A stretch of DNA of 64,000 bases, from positions 1 to 64,000 of the forward strand of contig JBGAHS010000006.1 of assembly GCA_044226015.1 (NCBI GenBank), written 5' to 3'. The position numbers and the translations under genes were made by a program. Below are positions 10,028-19,475 of this stretch, piece after piece. The notes under the pieces are model-generated. The model did no database searches, was not told the DNA's origin, and saw only the letters and a program-made list of their open reading frames with translations. How positions within the stretch are numbered: the stretch's first letter is position 1; the number at the start of each line of letters is the position of its first letter. Origin of the DNA: Candidatus Obscuribacteraceae bacterium (GTDB lineage: Bacteria > Cyanobacteriota > Vampirovibrionia > Obscuribacterales > Obscuribacteraceae).

Positions 10028-11002
10028 TCAGTCCTTCTTCGAGGACTTCTTCTTCTTGTTCTGCATCGCGAAGAAGCGGGCGACCGCTTTCTTGCATGCA
10101 GGACCGCCGACCAGACGAGCGAAGGTGTCCGCCTCAGCCGGAAGACCGTAGAACAGCGGCTCGTTCATGCTCTTCTCGACCAGCTTGATGGCGGCGAACT
10201 GAGCAGGCAGCATCCAGCCAAGCAAAAGCTCGTCGAGACTGGAAAGCATCAGGGTGAGCTTGCGGCAGAGCAGGCTGTCGCCGACCTTGCGCTTCATCTT
10301 CTCGACCAGACCAGGCTGATAAGAGAAGACCTCGCCGCCCAACGCGATTTTCTTCGCGACGGGCATGAGGTGAGCCGGCGCCTGCACGAGCTCGTCCACG
10401 AGACCGGCTTGGTAAGCCTGTTTCGCCGACCAGGTCATCAGTCGCGGGTTCAGCATGCCCATGAGCGGACGCAGAACGACCAGCGCGAGAGCAGCGCAGA
10501 AGCCCACCTTCTTGCCGGTGCGTTGCGTGCCGCCCCAGCCGGGAACGATCTGCAGCGCCGTTTCCGGCAGACCGAAGACCGTCATCTTGCTGCTCGTGGA
10601 CACGATTTTGTCGCAAGCCAGCGCCAGTTCGAGTCCGCCGCCGAGCGTGCGCCCATCGATGGCCGCGACGGTGACGACAGGCAGTCGCGCGATGCGCTCG
10701 AAGAGCTGCTGACCGCGCGTCGAGCCAGCCAGTGCATCGCCATAGGGAAGCGTCTGCGCGATTTTGATCTCGTTGATGTCGGCGCCCGCGATGAAAACGC
10801 CGGACTTGGCCGAGCAGAAGATGACACCGCCAATGGTGCCATTGTCCGTGAGCGCTTCCAGCATGTTGACGCAGCTCTCGATGTCATCGAGCATTTGCTG
10901 CGTCAGCAGATTGACCTTGCGCTCCGGGTCGTCGAAGCAGACAGTGGCGACGCCGTCTTCCAGTTTGATGGAAAGATTGCGGCAGCTCAGAAGAGTATTC
11001 AT
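10028..11002 (-). CDS. Stand-alone enoyl-CoA hydratase/isomerase (resembles the FadJ/FadB N-terminal domain)
   Basis: FIAGADINEI, GGGLELALACD, FGLPE...PGWGGTQR; no dehydrogenase domain follows. Confidence 0.9.
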   Translation of the reverse strand: MNTLLSCRNLSIKLEDGVATVCFDDPERKVNLLTQQMLDDIESCVNMLEALTDNGTIGGVIFCSAKSGVFIAGADINEIKIAQTLPYGDALAGSTRGQQLFERIARLPVVTVAAIDGRTLGGGLELALACDKIVSTSSKMTVFGLPETALQIVPGWGGTQRTGKKVGFCAALALVVLRPLMGMLNPRLMTWSAKQAYQAGLVDELVQAPAHLMPVAKKIALGGEVFSYQPGLVEKMKRKVGDSLLCRKLTLMLSSLDELLLGWMLPAQFAAIKLVEKSMNEPLFYGLPAEADTFARLVGGPACKKAVARFFAMQNKKKKSSKKD

Positions 11003-11088
11003 GTTTATGTTCTCCGATGTTTCTGCGATATTGCAGGTTGACTTGCGAAGTGCAATGCGCGATGAGTTCGCGCACTGCTTTGTTGTCG

Positions 11089-11928
11089 TCAGACCGCCGG
11101 CTTGAGCGCGATGATCTTCTCGCGAAGAATCTCGGTCGCCTCACGCGGGTCGGCGGGCAGGTCCATTGTGTTGATCGCGTCGCCGATGACGACCGTGCAT
11201 CCTCGCGCATAGTAGAACGAGAAGATGACGGGAATCAGCCACTGAAGCGCCATCGGCAGCTTCAGGATCCACTGGCCCGGGTAGCGGTGGTAGTGCATGT
11301 AACCCGGCACGATGTAGACAGGCTTGCCCGATTCTTCCGCAGCCATGCGCGTGAAGCGAACGGCGCCGGTCTTCATCTTGCGAACCACGCCGTCCATCCA
11401 CGTCCAGGCTTCCGGGAAGATGACGAGAATCTGATTCGCGCGCATCACGTTGGCCGAGGCGTCGAGCGCGGCGTGACCATTGTCGAGGTCGACAGTGAAA
11501 ACGCCCCACTTGCTGAAGAGCCAGCCGACGAGACCGCCCAGAAGCTTCATGACGCCATGCGCAGCGGGGTAGCGCGCCGGACGACCGAGCACCAGCGGAG
11601 CAATGCCAGTGTCGAGCATGCTGCCGTGGTTGAACGCCAGCGTGAAGGGACCCTGCATGGCGTCGAGCTTTTCCTTCCCGACCACAGTGATGTCGCCGAC
11701 GAAGTGGCGAATCGCCCAGCTGCTGACCCGACGCATCTGCTCGTAGTTTTCCGCACTGGGCGGAGGCGCGAGATAGCCGCAGCGCTGGACGCGATCAGCT
11801 TCCTCGAAGACCTTCGCCATGCGCGGCAAGAACTTGCTGCGCACGTAGTCGAAGAGCCCGAGCAGGAGAGCCAGACTCAGGAAGGCAACGTAACCCAAGA
11901 AGATGTCCGCAAAGGTGAGGTGCGGCAT
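11089..11928 (-). CDS. Lysophospholipid acyltransferase (PlsC-like)
   Basis: NHGSMLD (HX4D), IFPEA, KTGAVR, IVP; N-terminal TM; start at MPHLTF after GGAG. Confidence 0.88.
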   Translation of the reverse strand: MPHLTFADIFLGYVAFLSLALLLGLFDYVRSKFLPRMAKVFEEADRVQRCGYLAPPPSAENYEQMRRVSSWAIRHFVGDITVVGKEKLDAMQGPFTLAFNHGSMLDTGIAPLVLGRPARYPAAHGVMKLLGGLVGWLFSKWGVFTVDLDNGHAALDASANVMRANQILVIFPEAWTWMDGVVRKMKTGAVRFTRMAAEESGKPVYIVPGYMHYHRYPGQWILKLPMALQWLIPVIFSFYYARGCTVVIGDAINTMDLPADPREATEILREKIIALKPAV

Positions 11929-12001
11929 TTTGTTTTCTCCATTCGATTTGGTTGACATGCGCATGGGCAGCCCTTCCGCCCATGCGCTTCTTGTTGTGAA
12001 C

Positions 12002-13135
12002 TCAGTAGAGACCGTGCTCGGCGAAGACGCGCTGCGCGCGGTCCGACAGAATCTGCGGCGAGCCATGCGGCGCCGGGCGCAGGTCGCGCCAGTAGCCGAT
12101 GTCTTGGAACATCTTGTTCGCCACGCGCAGTTGTTCTCCCTGAAGCAGCCCGCGGAACGCCAGCGCCTCCATGCAGGAGAAGAAGGCGATCAGAATCGCG
12201 AGCCATTTCTCATCCGCCGAGAGGTGGAATTTCAGCGAATGGATGTGGTCGATCTGCGGGCGGAACTCGATGGCGCCGGTGCCCTCCGGACCCCAGTGGT
12301 ATTCCGGCTCGATGCCCCAGACCTTGCGGATGGCGCGCTGCGTCGGTCCGAAGATGAAGTGGTTCGAGTCCTCGCCCGAGCGACAGGCGATGATTTTGCT
12401 GGGGTCGAGTCCGAAGTGACGGATAAGCGCCGTCGAGGGGCAGAGCCCATCGCGACTCATGGCGCCGTCGAACAGCAAGTTGCCGTCGTGTTCGATGGCG
12501 GTCATGATAATCGGAATGGCCGAACTGGCCCTGATGGTCTTCGACAGGCGCGCCGGCTTGCTGCTGAGAACGATCACCCGTCCATCCGGAGTGATCATTA
12601 TCGAGCCGAGTTCCGTGAAGAAAACCTGGGAACCATCCGCGGTGGTGGACATGTTCCAGTACCCGGGGGGCCATCGATCTTTGAGCCCCTTTTCGGCGGC
12701 CTTCTTGTCGATGAAGTTTCCGAGTCCGACCGTGCCCAAGAGCCCGGTGGCATGCCAGGTCTCGCTGAATTCCTCGGTCGAGACCTTGCCCGAACGAAAA
12801 CGCTGAATCAGCCGAGCTGCCTTCAGCCGCATATCTCGCAGCTCGCCGACGGATCCGAAGATGCCGCCCTTCGCCGAGATGTGGTCGCTGAAGTCATCGT
12901 GAATTCCGATGTGCATCATCTCCTTGTCGGTGAAGCCGAGCGCGCGGAAGGCGGTGACGATGGAGCCGCCGCTGACACCGCCCATGAAGTTGACCTTCAC
13001 GCCAGCAATGCTGATGGCTGCGAAGGCACCGATGCCGGCAAGCACCGAAACGACACCGCCCGAGCTGATGTGGATGTGATAGGAATTGTTGATATTGGGA
13101 CCAAGAGCCAAGAACTTTTCGTAGTTTGTGCTCAT
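12002..13135 (-). CDS. Patatin-like phospholipase
   Basis: SSGGV oxyanion-like motif, GVSGGS (GxSxG), IRASSAIP, FDGA. Confidence 0.87.
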   Translation of the reverse strand: MSTNYEKFLALGPNINNSYHIHISSGGVVSVLAGIGAFAAISIAGVKVNFMGGVSGGSIVTAFRALGFTDKEMMHIGIHDDFSDHISAKGGIFGSVGELRDMRLKAARLIQRFRSGKVSTEEFSETWHATGLLGTVGLGNFIDKKAAEKGLKDRWPPGYWNMSTTADGSQVFFTELGSIMITPDGRVIVLSSKPARLSKTIRASSAIPIIMTAIEHDGNLLFDGAMSRDGLCPSTALIRHFGLDPSKIIACRSGEDSNHFIFGPTQRAIRKVWGIEPEYHWGPEGTGAIEFRPQIDHIHSLKFHLSADEKWLAILIAFFSCMEALAFRGLLQGEQLRVANKMFQDIGYWRDLRPAPHGSPQILSDRAQRVFAEHGLY

Positions 13136-13171
13136 TTCTTTCCTCGTACTTTTGCCTTCTTTTCAAAGGCG

Positions 13172-13204
13172 CAAAAAGAAACCGCCGGTGGTGTCACCGG
13201 CGGT
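13172..13204 (-). terminator. Rho-independent terminator
   Basis: Minus strand ACCGCCGGTG-ACAC-CACCGGCGGT followed by TTCTTTTT. Confidence 0.7.
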
Positions 13205-13228
13205 CGGGTTGCTTGCTCTCTCTTCTGC

Positions 13229-14359
13229 TTAGAGAGAGGCGGCGACTTCGTACAGCGCGCGAACGCGCTCACGAAGAACGGCCATGGCTTCGAGGTCGTT
13301 GCTCGGAAGCTCCGAGCGCCTGATGGCGTCGCCGCGCACCACGTTTGCTCCGTAGAGCGCAGCGCGCGACTTTTTGTACGCCGCAGTCAGAGCCTCGCGC
13401 TCGGCGAGAATCGCCGTGCGATCTTCTTGCGACATCGCATTCAGTTCGGCTTCGCCGAGCTTGAATATCGAATGCGTGGTCGGTCGACGAAGCGCGAAGA
13501 AGCTGCTGCGCACCTTGCGCAGATGACGATGCGACCAGTGCTGCTGCTTCTTGTCACGCTTGAGGTAGATAGCGATAGGAACGATTTTCACGTTCGCATC
13601 GCCCTTGGCTGCAGCGACCGCCTCGGCGATGCGAACAGCGCCGGGACGGAAGTTCTCCTCGAACTTGGGGTCGTCCGGAAGGAGCGCACCCTGCGGGAAG
13701 ATGGTGAAGCCCTGCTCGCTGGACGGCATGCAGGACGAGAAGATGAACACCAACGCCGCGCCACCCAGAGCCATATAGGACCCGAAGTAGAGCGCGACAG
13801 CGCCGGCGACGAAAGAGCCCACGAGCAAGGTCAGAGCAAGAGACCGTTCGATGCGGAAGTAGTCCGCGCCGAGAGCCTTGATGCTCGCCCTGGTCGCCTT
13901 GGCGCCATCTTCCTTGTTCGCGAAGCCGACCGAGATGACTCCCGTGGCCGCAGAGCCGACCGCCATGGGCTTGCCGCCTTCGAGTTCGTTGGCGGAGGTC
14001 ATGGTGCGGAAGTGCCGCTTGCTCACATGGCGAACCATGGCGAAGTCAGCCGGCACCTGGTGGTTGGCGATGAAGATGAGTCGACCATTCTCGTCGCGCG
14101 GCGAGTTTCGGAAGACGAACTTGCCGTCTTCCGTCTTCTCGAGCACGCCACTGAGGGTGGTGATCGGCCCAACCGTGAGGAACGCGTAGAATCTGCTGAA
14201 GAAGCTGAAGATCAGTTCCACGAGGAACGCCGTCGGCGGCGGCGTATAGCCGCTCTCGCTGTAGTGCATGGCGTGGCGCTTCCAGCGCTGATACCAGGCA
14301 GTAACGAAGAGCGCGGTGGCGCCGATGATGGCACCACCGATGAGGATGTTGTGCAACAT
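13229..14359 (-). CDS. Acyltransferase (LPLAT/PlsC family) with an inserted TM hairpin
   Basis: IANHQVPAD (HX4D), IFPQG, FRPGAVRIA, IVPIAI; hydrophobic hairpin just before FPQG. Confidence 0.8.
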   Translation of the reverse strand: MLHNILIGGAIIGATALFVTAWYQRWKRHAMHYSESGYTPPPTAFLVELIFSFFSRFYAFLTVGPITTLSGVLEKTEDGKFVFRNSPRDENGRLIFIANHQVPADFAMVRHVSKRHFRTMTSANELEGGKPMAVGSAATGVISVGFANKEDGAKATRASIKALGADYFRIERSLALTLLVGSFVAGAVALYFGSYMALGGAALVFIFSSCMPSSEQGFTIFPQGALLPDDPKFEENFRPGAVRIAEAVAAAKGDANVKIVPIAIYLKRDKKQQHWSHRHLRKVRSSFFALRRPTTHSIFKLGEAELNAMSQEDRTAILAEREALTAAYKKSRAALYGANVVRGDAIRRSELPSNDLEAMAVLRERVRALYEVAASL

Positions 14360-14501
14360 TTATAGCTCCTATTGCCGTTGTTTCAAGAACGGCGGGTTGT
14401 GCTGCTCTTGCAGCGGTTCTTTTGAGAACAACGTTCTCGGTCTTGCACACAGACAATCTGCATGCAGTTGACTTGAAACTGTAGTCTTATTGCCGAATGC
14501 C

Positions 14502-14744
14502 TTAGCTGGCGTGTTCGGCGAGGAAGAACTCTGCAAATTCGACCGCATCGTCCCACGACTCCTTATCGTCAGGACGACCGTTGAGAGCAATCACGAGCGG
14601 ACGCTTCTCACCGTAATGAGCTGCGGCGACAATGCGACCCTCAGCCAGAGCTGAGCTGTCGATGTCGACCAGCACAAACTGACCCTTCGCTAACGCAGAA
14701 GCGTCGACATAAAAGGGCGCGGTGTCAGTGGTATTGCGAGCCAT
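14502..14744 (-). CDS. Hypothetical protein (80 aa)
   Basis: ATG with GAGGA SD; acidic globular composition. Confidence 0.7.
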   Translation of the reverse strand: MARNTTDTAPFYVDASALAKGQFVLVDIDSSALAEGRIVAAAHYGEKRPLVIALNGRPDDKESWDDAVEFAEFFLAEHAS

Positions 14745-14818
14745 TTTTATTGTTCCTCATGTTGACTATTGCACGTCACCGGAATTGGTGGCATGCGTTC
14801 TTTTGCGACCGACGCTGA

Positions 14819-15211
14819 TTACTTCGTCTTCTGCCCGCGATAGCTGCCGGCGATGGAAGATTTGGCGAAGATCTGCGGGTCGAAGTCGTCGCGAGCCGTG
14901 AGGCGCACCACCGTCAGCTTGAACTTGCCGCAAGGCGGCATGACCTCGATAACCGTCAGCCTGTAGAGCTGAGGGCCGACATCGGCGAGCTCGAACATGG
15001 CGTCGCGTTTCTTGCGGTTCTTGTGCGGGAACTGCGAAACGTGGAGAACACCGCTGCACTGCTGCCCATCGTATTCGAAGGACACAACCATGAAGTGTTC
15101 TTTCTTCATGGTGAAGTGACCGTCGACGACGGCGCCAACTTGCACGGCGGCGTTGGTATCGACGAGCTCGGTTTTGCGGGAAGTCTTCTCCCGCGATTTC
15201 TTATCGGTCAT
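14819..15211 (-). CDS. Putative S1-like (OB-fold) RNA-binding protein
   Basis: VQVGAVVDG...VVSF...SGVLHVSQF matches the S1 pattern (G.VV.G ... GLLHIS); AAGGAG SD. Confidence 0.6.
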   Translation of the reverse strand: MTDKKSREKTSRKTELVDTNAAVQVGAVVDGHFTMKKEHFMVVSFEYDGQQCSGVLHVSQFPHKNRKKRDAMFELADVGPQLYRLTVIEVMPPCGKFKLTVVRLTARDDFDPQIFAKSSIAGSYRGQKTK

Positions 15212-15459
15212 GTGGATTTCTCCTTCTCGTTGCGCGCCAGTGACTCAGAACTTGCACCGGCGCAAGAGAGCCGCAATTGACCACTGCGGGTCTCCCATTC
15301 TTTAAGGAAGTCTGTTTCGATTTCGATTGATCTAGACCTTCATAGGCTTCCTCTCTTTGGGGTTCATTTCCAGCAAGCGCTGGTCGATAAGAACTGAATT
15401 CTCATCGAGCAGAGTTTGCGTTAAACGGTGAGGGTGCGTCTGCGCCCTCACCGTCTTTG

Positions 15460-15696
15460 CTAGCAAAACTCAAAGCGGAGTTTGCTTTTCAGGTCGAACT
15501 TGCGCAGCATCCAGATGCCGCCATACCAGAGAATGTCAACGCAGATCAACATCGCGCAACTGGATATAGCGGTTTTTGCATCGCTCATGCTTTCAGCTTT
15601 GAGCAAATATGCAGCACAGAAGACCAGTTTGTAGCCAACGGAAATCGCAAACGCATATTTGCCGGTGGCTATATCCACAATTTTCTTCAGGAACAT
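15460..15696 (-). CDS. Small membrane protein (78 aa)
   Basis: AAGGA SD; two hydrophobic segments. Confidence 0.55.
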   Translation of the reverse strand: MFLKKIVDIATGKYAFAISVGYKLVFCAAYLLKAESMSDAKTAISSCAMLICVDILWYGGIWMLRKFDLKSKLRFEFC

Positions 15697-15917
15697 TGTT
15701 TGTCCTTAGCTGCTGTGTAGACTGCAGCGCGCGAACGCTGCGCGATAGAAGCGTCACTTCCATTGCGCAATGTTCGAGCAGAGTGCGCGAGACCGCGCAC
15801 TCTGTTATCTGTGAGATACCGTCTCTCTTCTGCTTGAACTCACCTGATATGGTGGCAAGCTTCTTGAGCGCGCGGAGGCATCCTTTGAGATGACGCCTCC
15901 GCATCTGGTGTTGAAGG

Positions 15918-16349
15918 TCAGATGTCGTGCACGCCGTGCAGCGGCATTCCGGATGCCTTGCGCCTGAACTCGTAGTATTCGCTGAGGCGCGCCAGCAGAA
16001 GTTCTTTGAATTCTTCGAAACCGTCGTATTCAGCAAACTGCTCCATCGCGGCGTCGAAGTCCTTCGTCGAGAGATCCAGAACACGCGACTCGAGGTCGAC
16101 GATGATCTTGAAAGCCTCGCCCTGGACGTCTTCCGGAAGCTGGCTGAGAATGGCGTCCAACTGTTCCGATTCTTTGAGTGCAGCCTGGTATACGGACCAG
16201 ACAGGAAGACCAATCATGAGCAGGAACAGTACGCCACTGCAAGCAATGGCGAACCAGGACAGCCCCGCGCTCACAGCCAACGCGGCGACCACAGAGATAG
16301 CAGCAAGAGTGCCGAAGATCACAAGCGTGAATCGATTCATTTCGCGCAT
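15918..16349 (-). CDS. Membrane-anchored hypothetical protein (143 aa)
   Basis: Two N-terminal TMs plus an acidic helical domain; AAGGA SD. Confidence 0.72.
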   Translation of the reverse strand: MREMNRFTLVIFGTLAAISVVAALAVSAGLSWFAIACSGVLFLLMIGLPVWSVYQAALKESEQLDAILSQLPEDVQGEAFKIIVDLESRVLDLSTKDFDAAMEQFAEYDGFEEFKELLLARLSEYYEFRRKASGMPLHGVHDI

Positions 16350-16391
16350 CCTTTTCCTTGTTGACTTTGTTCGTGAATTGAATTCACCGCG

Positions 16392-17558
16392 TCAGAATTT
16401 GACGCGGTGAACGAAGTCGTTGTAGAGGCTGAGCAGCATCAGTCCGACGAAGAAGTAGATGCAGACCTGAATCAGGACAGCCTCGATCTTCGGGTGAAAG
16501 GCGCGGTCACGCCATTTCTGGATGCCAATCATCACGAGCTGACCTCCATCGAGAATCGGCAGCGGCACCAGGTTGACAAAGAACAGACTGGTGTTCACCG
16601 ACGCAATCACGAAGAGGAAGTAGCCCACGCCGTGCTTGAGCGCGGCGGTGCCGACCTCGACAACCGCGACAATTCCGTGCATGCGGTTTTTGTCGGGGTC
16701 CTGGCTTTCGGGCTCGATGACATGGCTCAGTTCCAGCAGTTTCTTGCCGGTTCTGACGATGTTGCTGCCGGTCTGTTCGACTGCCATCGCCAGCGCCTCG
16801 CTCATGCTGGGCGTGATGATGATGGTGCCACCGAAGGAAGCACCAATGCGCGACTCTTCATTGACGAGAACGGGAATGGTTTTGTAGTGCCCGTCGCGAT
16901 CGACTTGCACATACACAACCTTTCCGCCGTTTGCCTTGATGGTCTCCACGAACTCGGTTCGGCTTTCCATCCACTTCTCGTTGACGCGCAGCACTTCATC
17001 GCCGACCTTGAAGCCTGCGATTTTCGCATTCATGACGCTGTCCGAAAGCTCGGTGATAACCGGGCGTTCCCCGATGTATTCGACCTTGCCCGTCCAGAGA
17101 TAAGCCAAGCCGAAGAGCGTGAAAGCGATGAGCAGGTTCACCATCACACCGGCAAGCATGATGATGGACATGCGCCAGTAAGGAAGCCCGCGCATGTCAG
17201 GGTCGACGTAGCCGCCCATGAACCAGTACGGAGTGAGCTGGAAGCTCGTGCCGCCATAGGTTCCCAGTCGCAACGTCCATTTCGACGGCAGCCCGACCGA
17301 GAAGACGGTAACCGGTGCGCCGTTCAACTTAGCGGCGAGGAAGTGGCCGCCTTCATGGGCGAAAACAGAGCCCATCACAGCGAGCATCACAAACCATCCC
17401 ATCGGAGGAAGAAAGTAGAGCATCAATCCGTAGATGGCCGCGATGGTGATGGGGTGGTCGCCGATCAGCTTGATGAGAGCAAGAGGGCTGAAGCTTGATT
17501 GCTTCCCGGCTTCCTGTTCAGTGTCAAGCTGCAGTCCTTTTATGGATTTATCTTCCAT
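16392..17558 (-). CDS. rseP: Site-2 (M50) intramembrane zinc protease with PDZ, RseP-like
   Basis: HEGGH, FSVG, GGYV, LAGVMVNL, PDZ (AGFKVGD), NLVPLPILDGG; start at MEDKS after AAGGAG. Confidence 0.9.
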   Translation of the reverse strand: MEDKSIKGLQLDTEQEAGKQSSFSPLALIKLIGDHPITIAAIYGLMLYFLPPMGWFVMLAVMGSVFAHEGGHFLAAKLNGAPVTVFSVGLPSKWTLRLGTYGGTSFQLTPYWFMGGYVDPDMRGLPYWRMSIIMLAGVMVNLLIAFTLFGLAYLWTGKVEYIGERPVITELSDSVMNAKIAGFKVGDEVLRVNEKWMESRTEFVETIKANGGKVVYVQVDRDGHYKTIPVLVNEESRIGASFGGTIIITPSMSEALAMAVEQTGSNIVRTGKKLLELSHVIEPESQDPDKNRMHGIVAVVEVGTAALKHGVGYFLFVIASVNTSLFFVNLVPLPILDGGQLVMIGIQKWRDRAFHPKIEAVLIQVCIYFFVGLMLLSLYNDFVHRVKF

Positions 17559-17628
17559 TGTAATCTCCTTTGCTTGGGCGAACGGCACCGGATTTGGTGC
17601 CATTCGCACGCTTGTTATGCCGCGGTCT

Positions 17629-17967
17629 TTACTGCAATTTCTGCATTCCGCAGATCATGCGCTCGAAGATCTTGAGCATGCCGACGACATAGATGAAGAC
17701 GAACACGGTCAGAACCGGGCCCGCCACAACGGCCGCGACAGCAGCGATAGGACCCAGCAACGTGAGCATGGCGTGGCTCAGGTTGTAGATCACGATGCAC
17801 GTGACGACGGCGTTGGCGTAGCCGAACCAGTAGTGCTGGTTGAACGGCGCATTGTATTGGTTGTAGTGCATGTTCCAGCGGTTCATCAGGACCCGCGAGA
17901 TCTGGTAGGCGGTGAGCATGGAGATAATCGTGGCGAACACGATGAGGAAACCAGCATAGTTCTCCAT
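17629..17967 (-). CDS. Membrane protein (112 aa), family B of an A-B tandem pair
   Basis: Three TMs; ends KIFERMICGMQK, like RIIERIFTGLVK of 18483-18830. Confidence 0.72.
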   Translation of the reverse strand: MENYAGFLIVFATIISMLTAYQISRVLMNRWNMHYNQYNAPFNQHYWFGYANAVVTCIVIYNLSHAMLTLLGPIAAVAAVVAGPVLTVFVFIYVVGMLKIFERMICGMQKLQ

Positions 17968-18003
17968 TTTTTTTGTTCCTTTCCTGACGTTGTCTTCTGG
18001 GTT

Positions 18004-18444
18004 TCAGGACTTGGCGCCGCGCGACCAGAGCGTGCTGACGAAGTTGCCGACCTTGTAGAGAGTCGCCGCGAAAAACGCAGCCACGACGCCTTCGTTCCAG
18101 AACTGGAGCGCCGCCGGGTTGTGCTGGAAGGCGTGCATGCACGCCATCGCGAAGAAGCCCATCACGACGAAGATGGAAGCCGCCGTGTAAGCTTCCTGCC
18201 AGGTGATTTTGCGGCCCGGCGCCACGCGAATGTGCTTCTGCACGCGAATGAGCATGAAGAAAGCCCAGACCAGCGTGACGAAGAGCAGCCCGCCGAAGAT
18301 GAAGGGGAGGGCGCCGGCGAAGAGCGAAGCCAGAACCTGAAGCGCGGAGTAGATTCCGAAAATCAGGGCGCCGCCCACCAGGGCGATGGCGAGGTGTCCG
18401 AGAGCGCAGAGAGCGCCGTTCTTGGTCTCAGTGGTGTTGCTCAT
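18004..18444 (-). CDS. Membrane protein (146 aa), family A
   Basis: Four TMs; ALPF, QEAY, VMGFF, FW..G.VAA..ATL shared with 18863-19309. Confidence 0.78.
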   Translation of the reverse strand: MSNTTETKNGALCALGHLAIALVGGALIFGIYSALQVLASLFAGALPFIFGGLLFVTLVWAFFMLIRVQKHIRVAPGRKITWQEAYTAASIFVVMGFFAMACMHAFQHNPAALQFWNEGVVAAFFAATLYKVGNFVSTLWSRGAKS

Positions 18445-18482
18445 TTGTTTGCCTTTCCGTTTGATGTGTTGGAGCGGGTCTC

Positions 18483-18830
18483 TCAGAACACTTTGACCAG
18501 ACCGGTGAAGATGCGTTCGATGATGCGCTTGCCGCCGATGAGAAGCAGCCAGAAGATGGCGCAGAACGGAACGCTTGCGAAGATGGCGGCGATGCCTCCG
18601 AGCAGTCCGGCGAACTCCACCGAAGCAGAGACACCGTAATACGCCAAGACCGCGCCGATGAGTCCGGCGGCGAGATAGCTGCAGACCAGCTCTCCATCGT
18701 CGGAGCAGTTGAAGCCCGGGCGCATGCAAACGAACGCGAGGCGCATGCTGGTGACGGCGGCGAACCCCACAGTCATCGCAGCACAGAGGAAGGTGTAGAA
18801 AGAGATGGCTTCCTGGCTCATATTTTCCAT
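18483..18830 (-). CDS. Membrane protein (115 aa), family B
   Basis: Start MENMSQ after AAGGA; three TMs. Confidence 0.72.
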   Translation of the reverse strand: MENMSQEAISFYTFLCAAMTVGFAAVTSMRLAFVCMRPGFNCSDDGELVCSYLAAGLIGAVLAYYGVSASVEFAGLLGGIAAIFASVPFCAIFWLLLIGGKRIIERIFTGLVKVF

Positions 18831-18862
18831 GTTTTCTGTCCTTCTGCTTGTTGGATCTTGGC

Positions 18863-19309
18863 TCAGTTGGCGCCGTTTTCGTAGAGCTTGCCGAGGAACT
18901 TGCTGCTGCCGAAGAGGGTCGCGAAGGTGATCGCGGCCACCGTTCCGCTGGTCCAGAAAACCGAAGGCACGCCGCCGGGCATGAAGGTCTCGACGCAGGC
19001 GGCGAGGAAGTAGCCCATGACGCCGATGATGGCGAGCGCGCGGTAAGCGTCCTGAATCAGAGCCTCTTTCGTGGCCTTGCGGCGCGCCGATTTGAGGATC
19101 AGGACCAGCACGCCGAAGATGGACAAGAGCCCGACGAACATGCCGGCGCCCGCGACGTAGGGCAGCGCAGTGGCGACGACCTTGCCGACCATCGTTGCCG
19201 TGCTGAGTCCGACCAGAGTGATGAAGCCGCCGCCGAGAAACGCGGTGAGGTAGGAATTCGGCTGCGCGGTCGTGTCGGTGCAGCAAGCTTCGGAATTCTC
19301 GATGCTCAT
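18863..19309 (-). CDS. Membrane protein (148 aa), family A
   Basis: ALPY, QDAY, VMGYF, FWTSGTVAA..ATL; AAAGGA SD. Confidence 0.78.
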   Translation of the reverse strand: MSIENSEACCTDTTAQPNSYLTAFLGGGFITLVGLSTATMVGKVVATALPYVAGAGMFVGLLSIFGVLVLILKSARRKATKEALIQDAYRALAIIGVMGYFLAACVETFMPGGVPSVFWTSGTVAAITFATLFGSSKFLGKLYENGAN

Positions 19310-19475
19310 TTTGTTTCCTTTCTGTGTGGTGCTGGAACCATTCCAGCATTGCCGTTTCGCTCAATCGAATACGGCAAAGTTTGCATCCGAATTTTTCTTC
19401 TCAGATGCAAATTTTGTCGCACTCAAAACATGTCGAGGCACTTGCGCACCTCGACATTGATTAGGCTTCGGTCGC

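Noticed and set aside
11903..14365. 820-aa plus-strand ORF (likewise 22766-25249, 7977-9965, 26502-28130, 6360-7892, 33099-34691)
   Set aside because: Antisense shadows of motif-bearing minus-strand genes, caused by GC-rich codon bias
15593..15904. Extra minus-strand CDS starting MRRRHLK
   Set aside because: Overlaps the 15460-15696 gene by about 100 nt, has a weak SD and no motif
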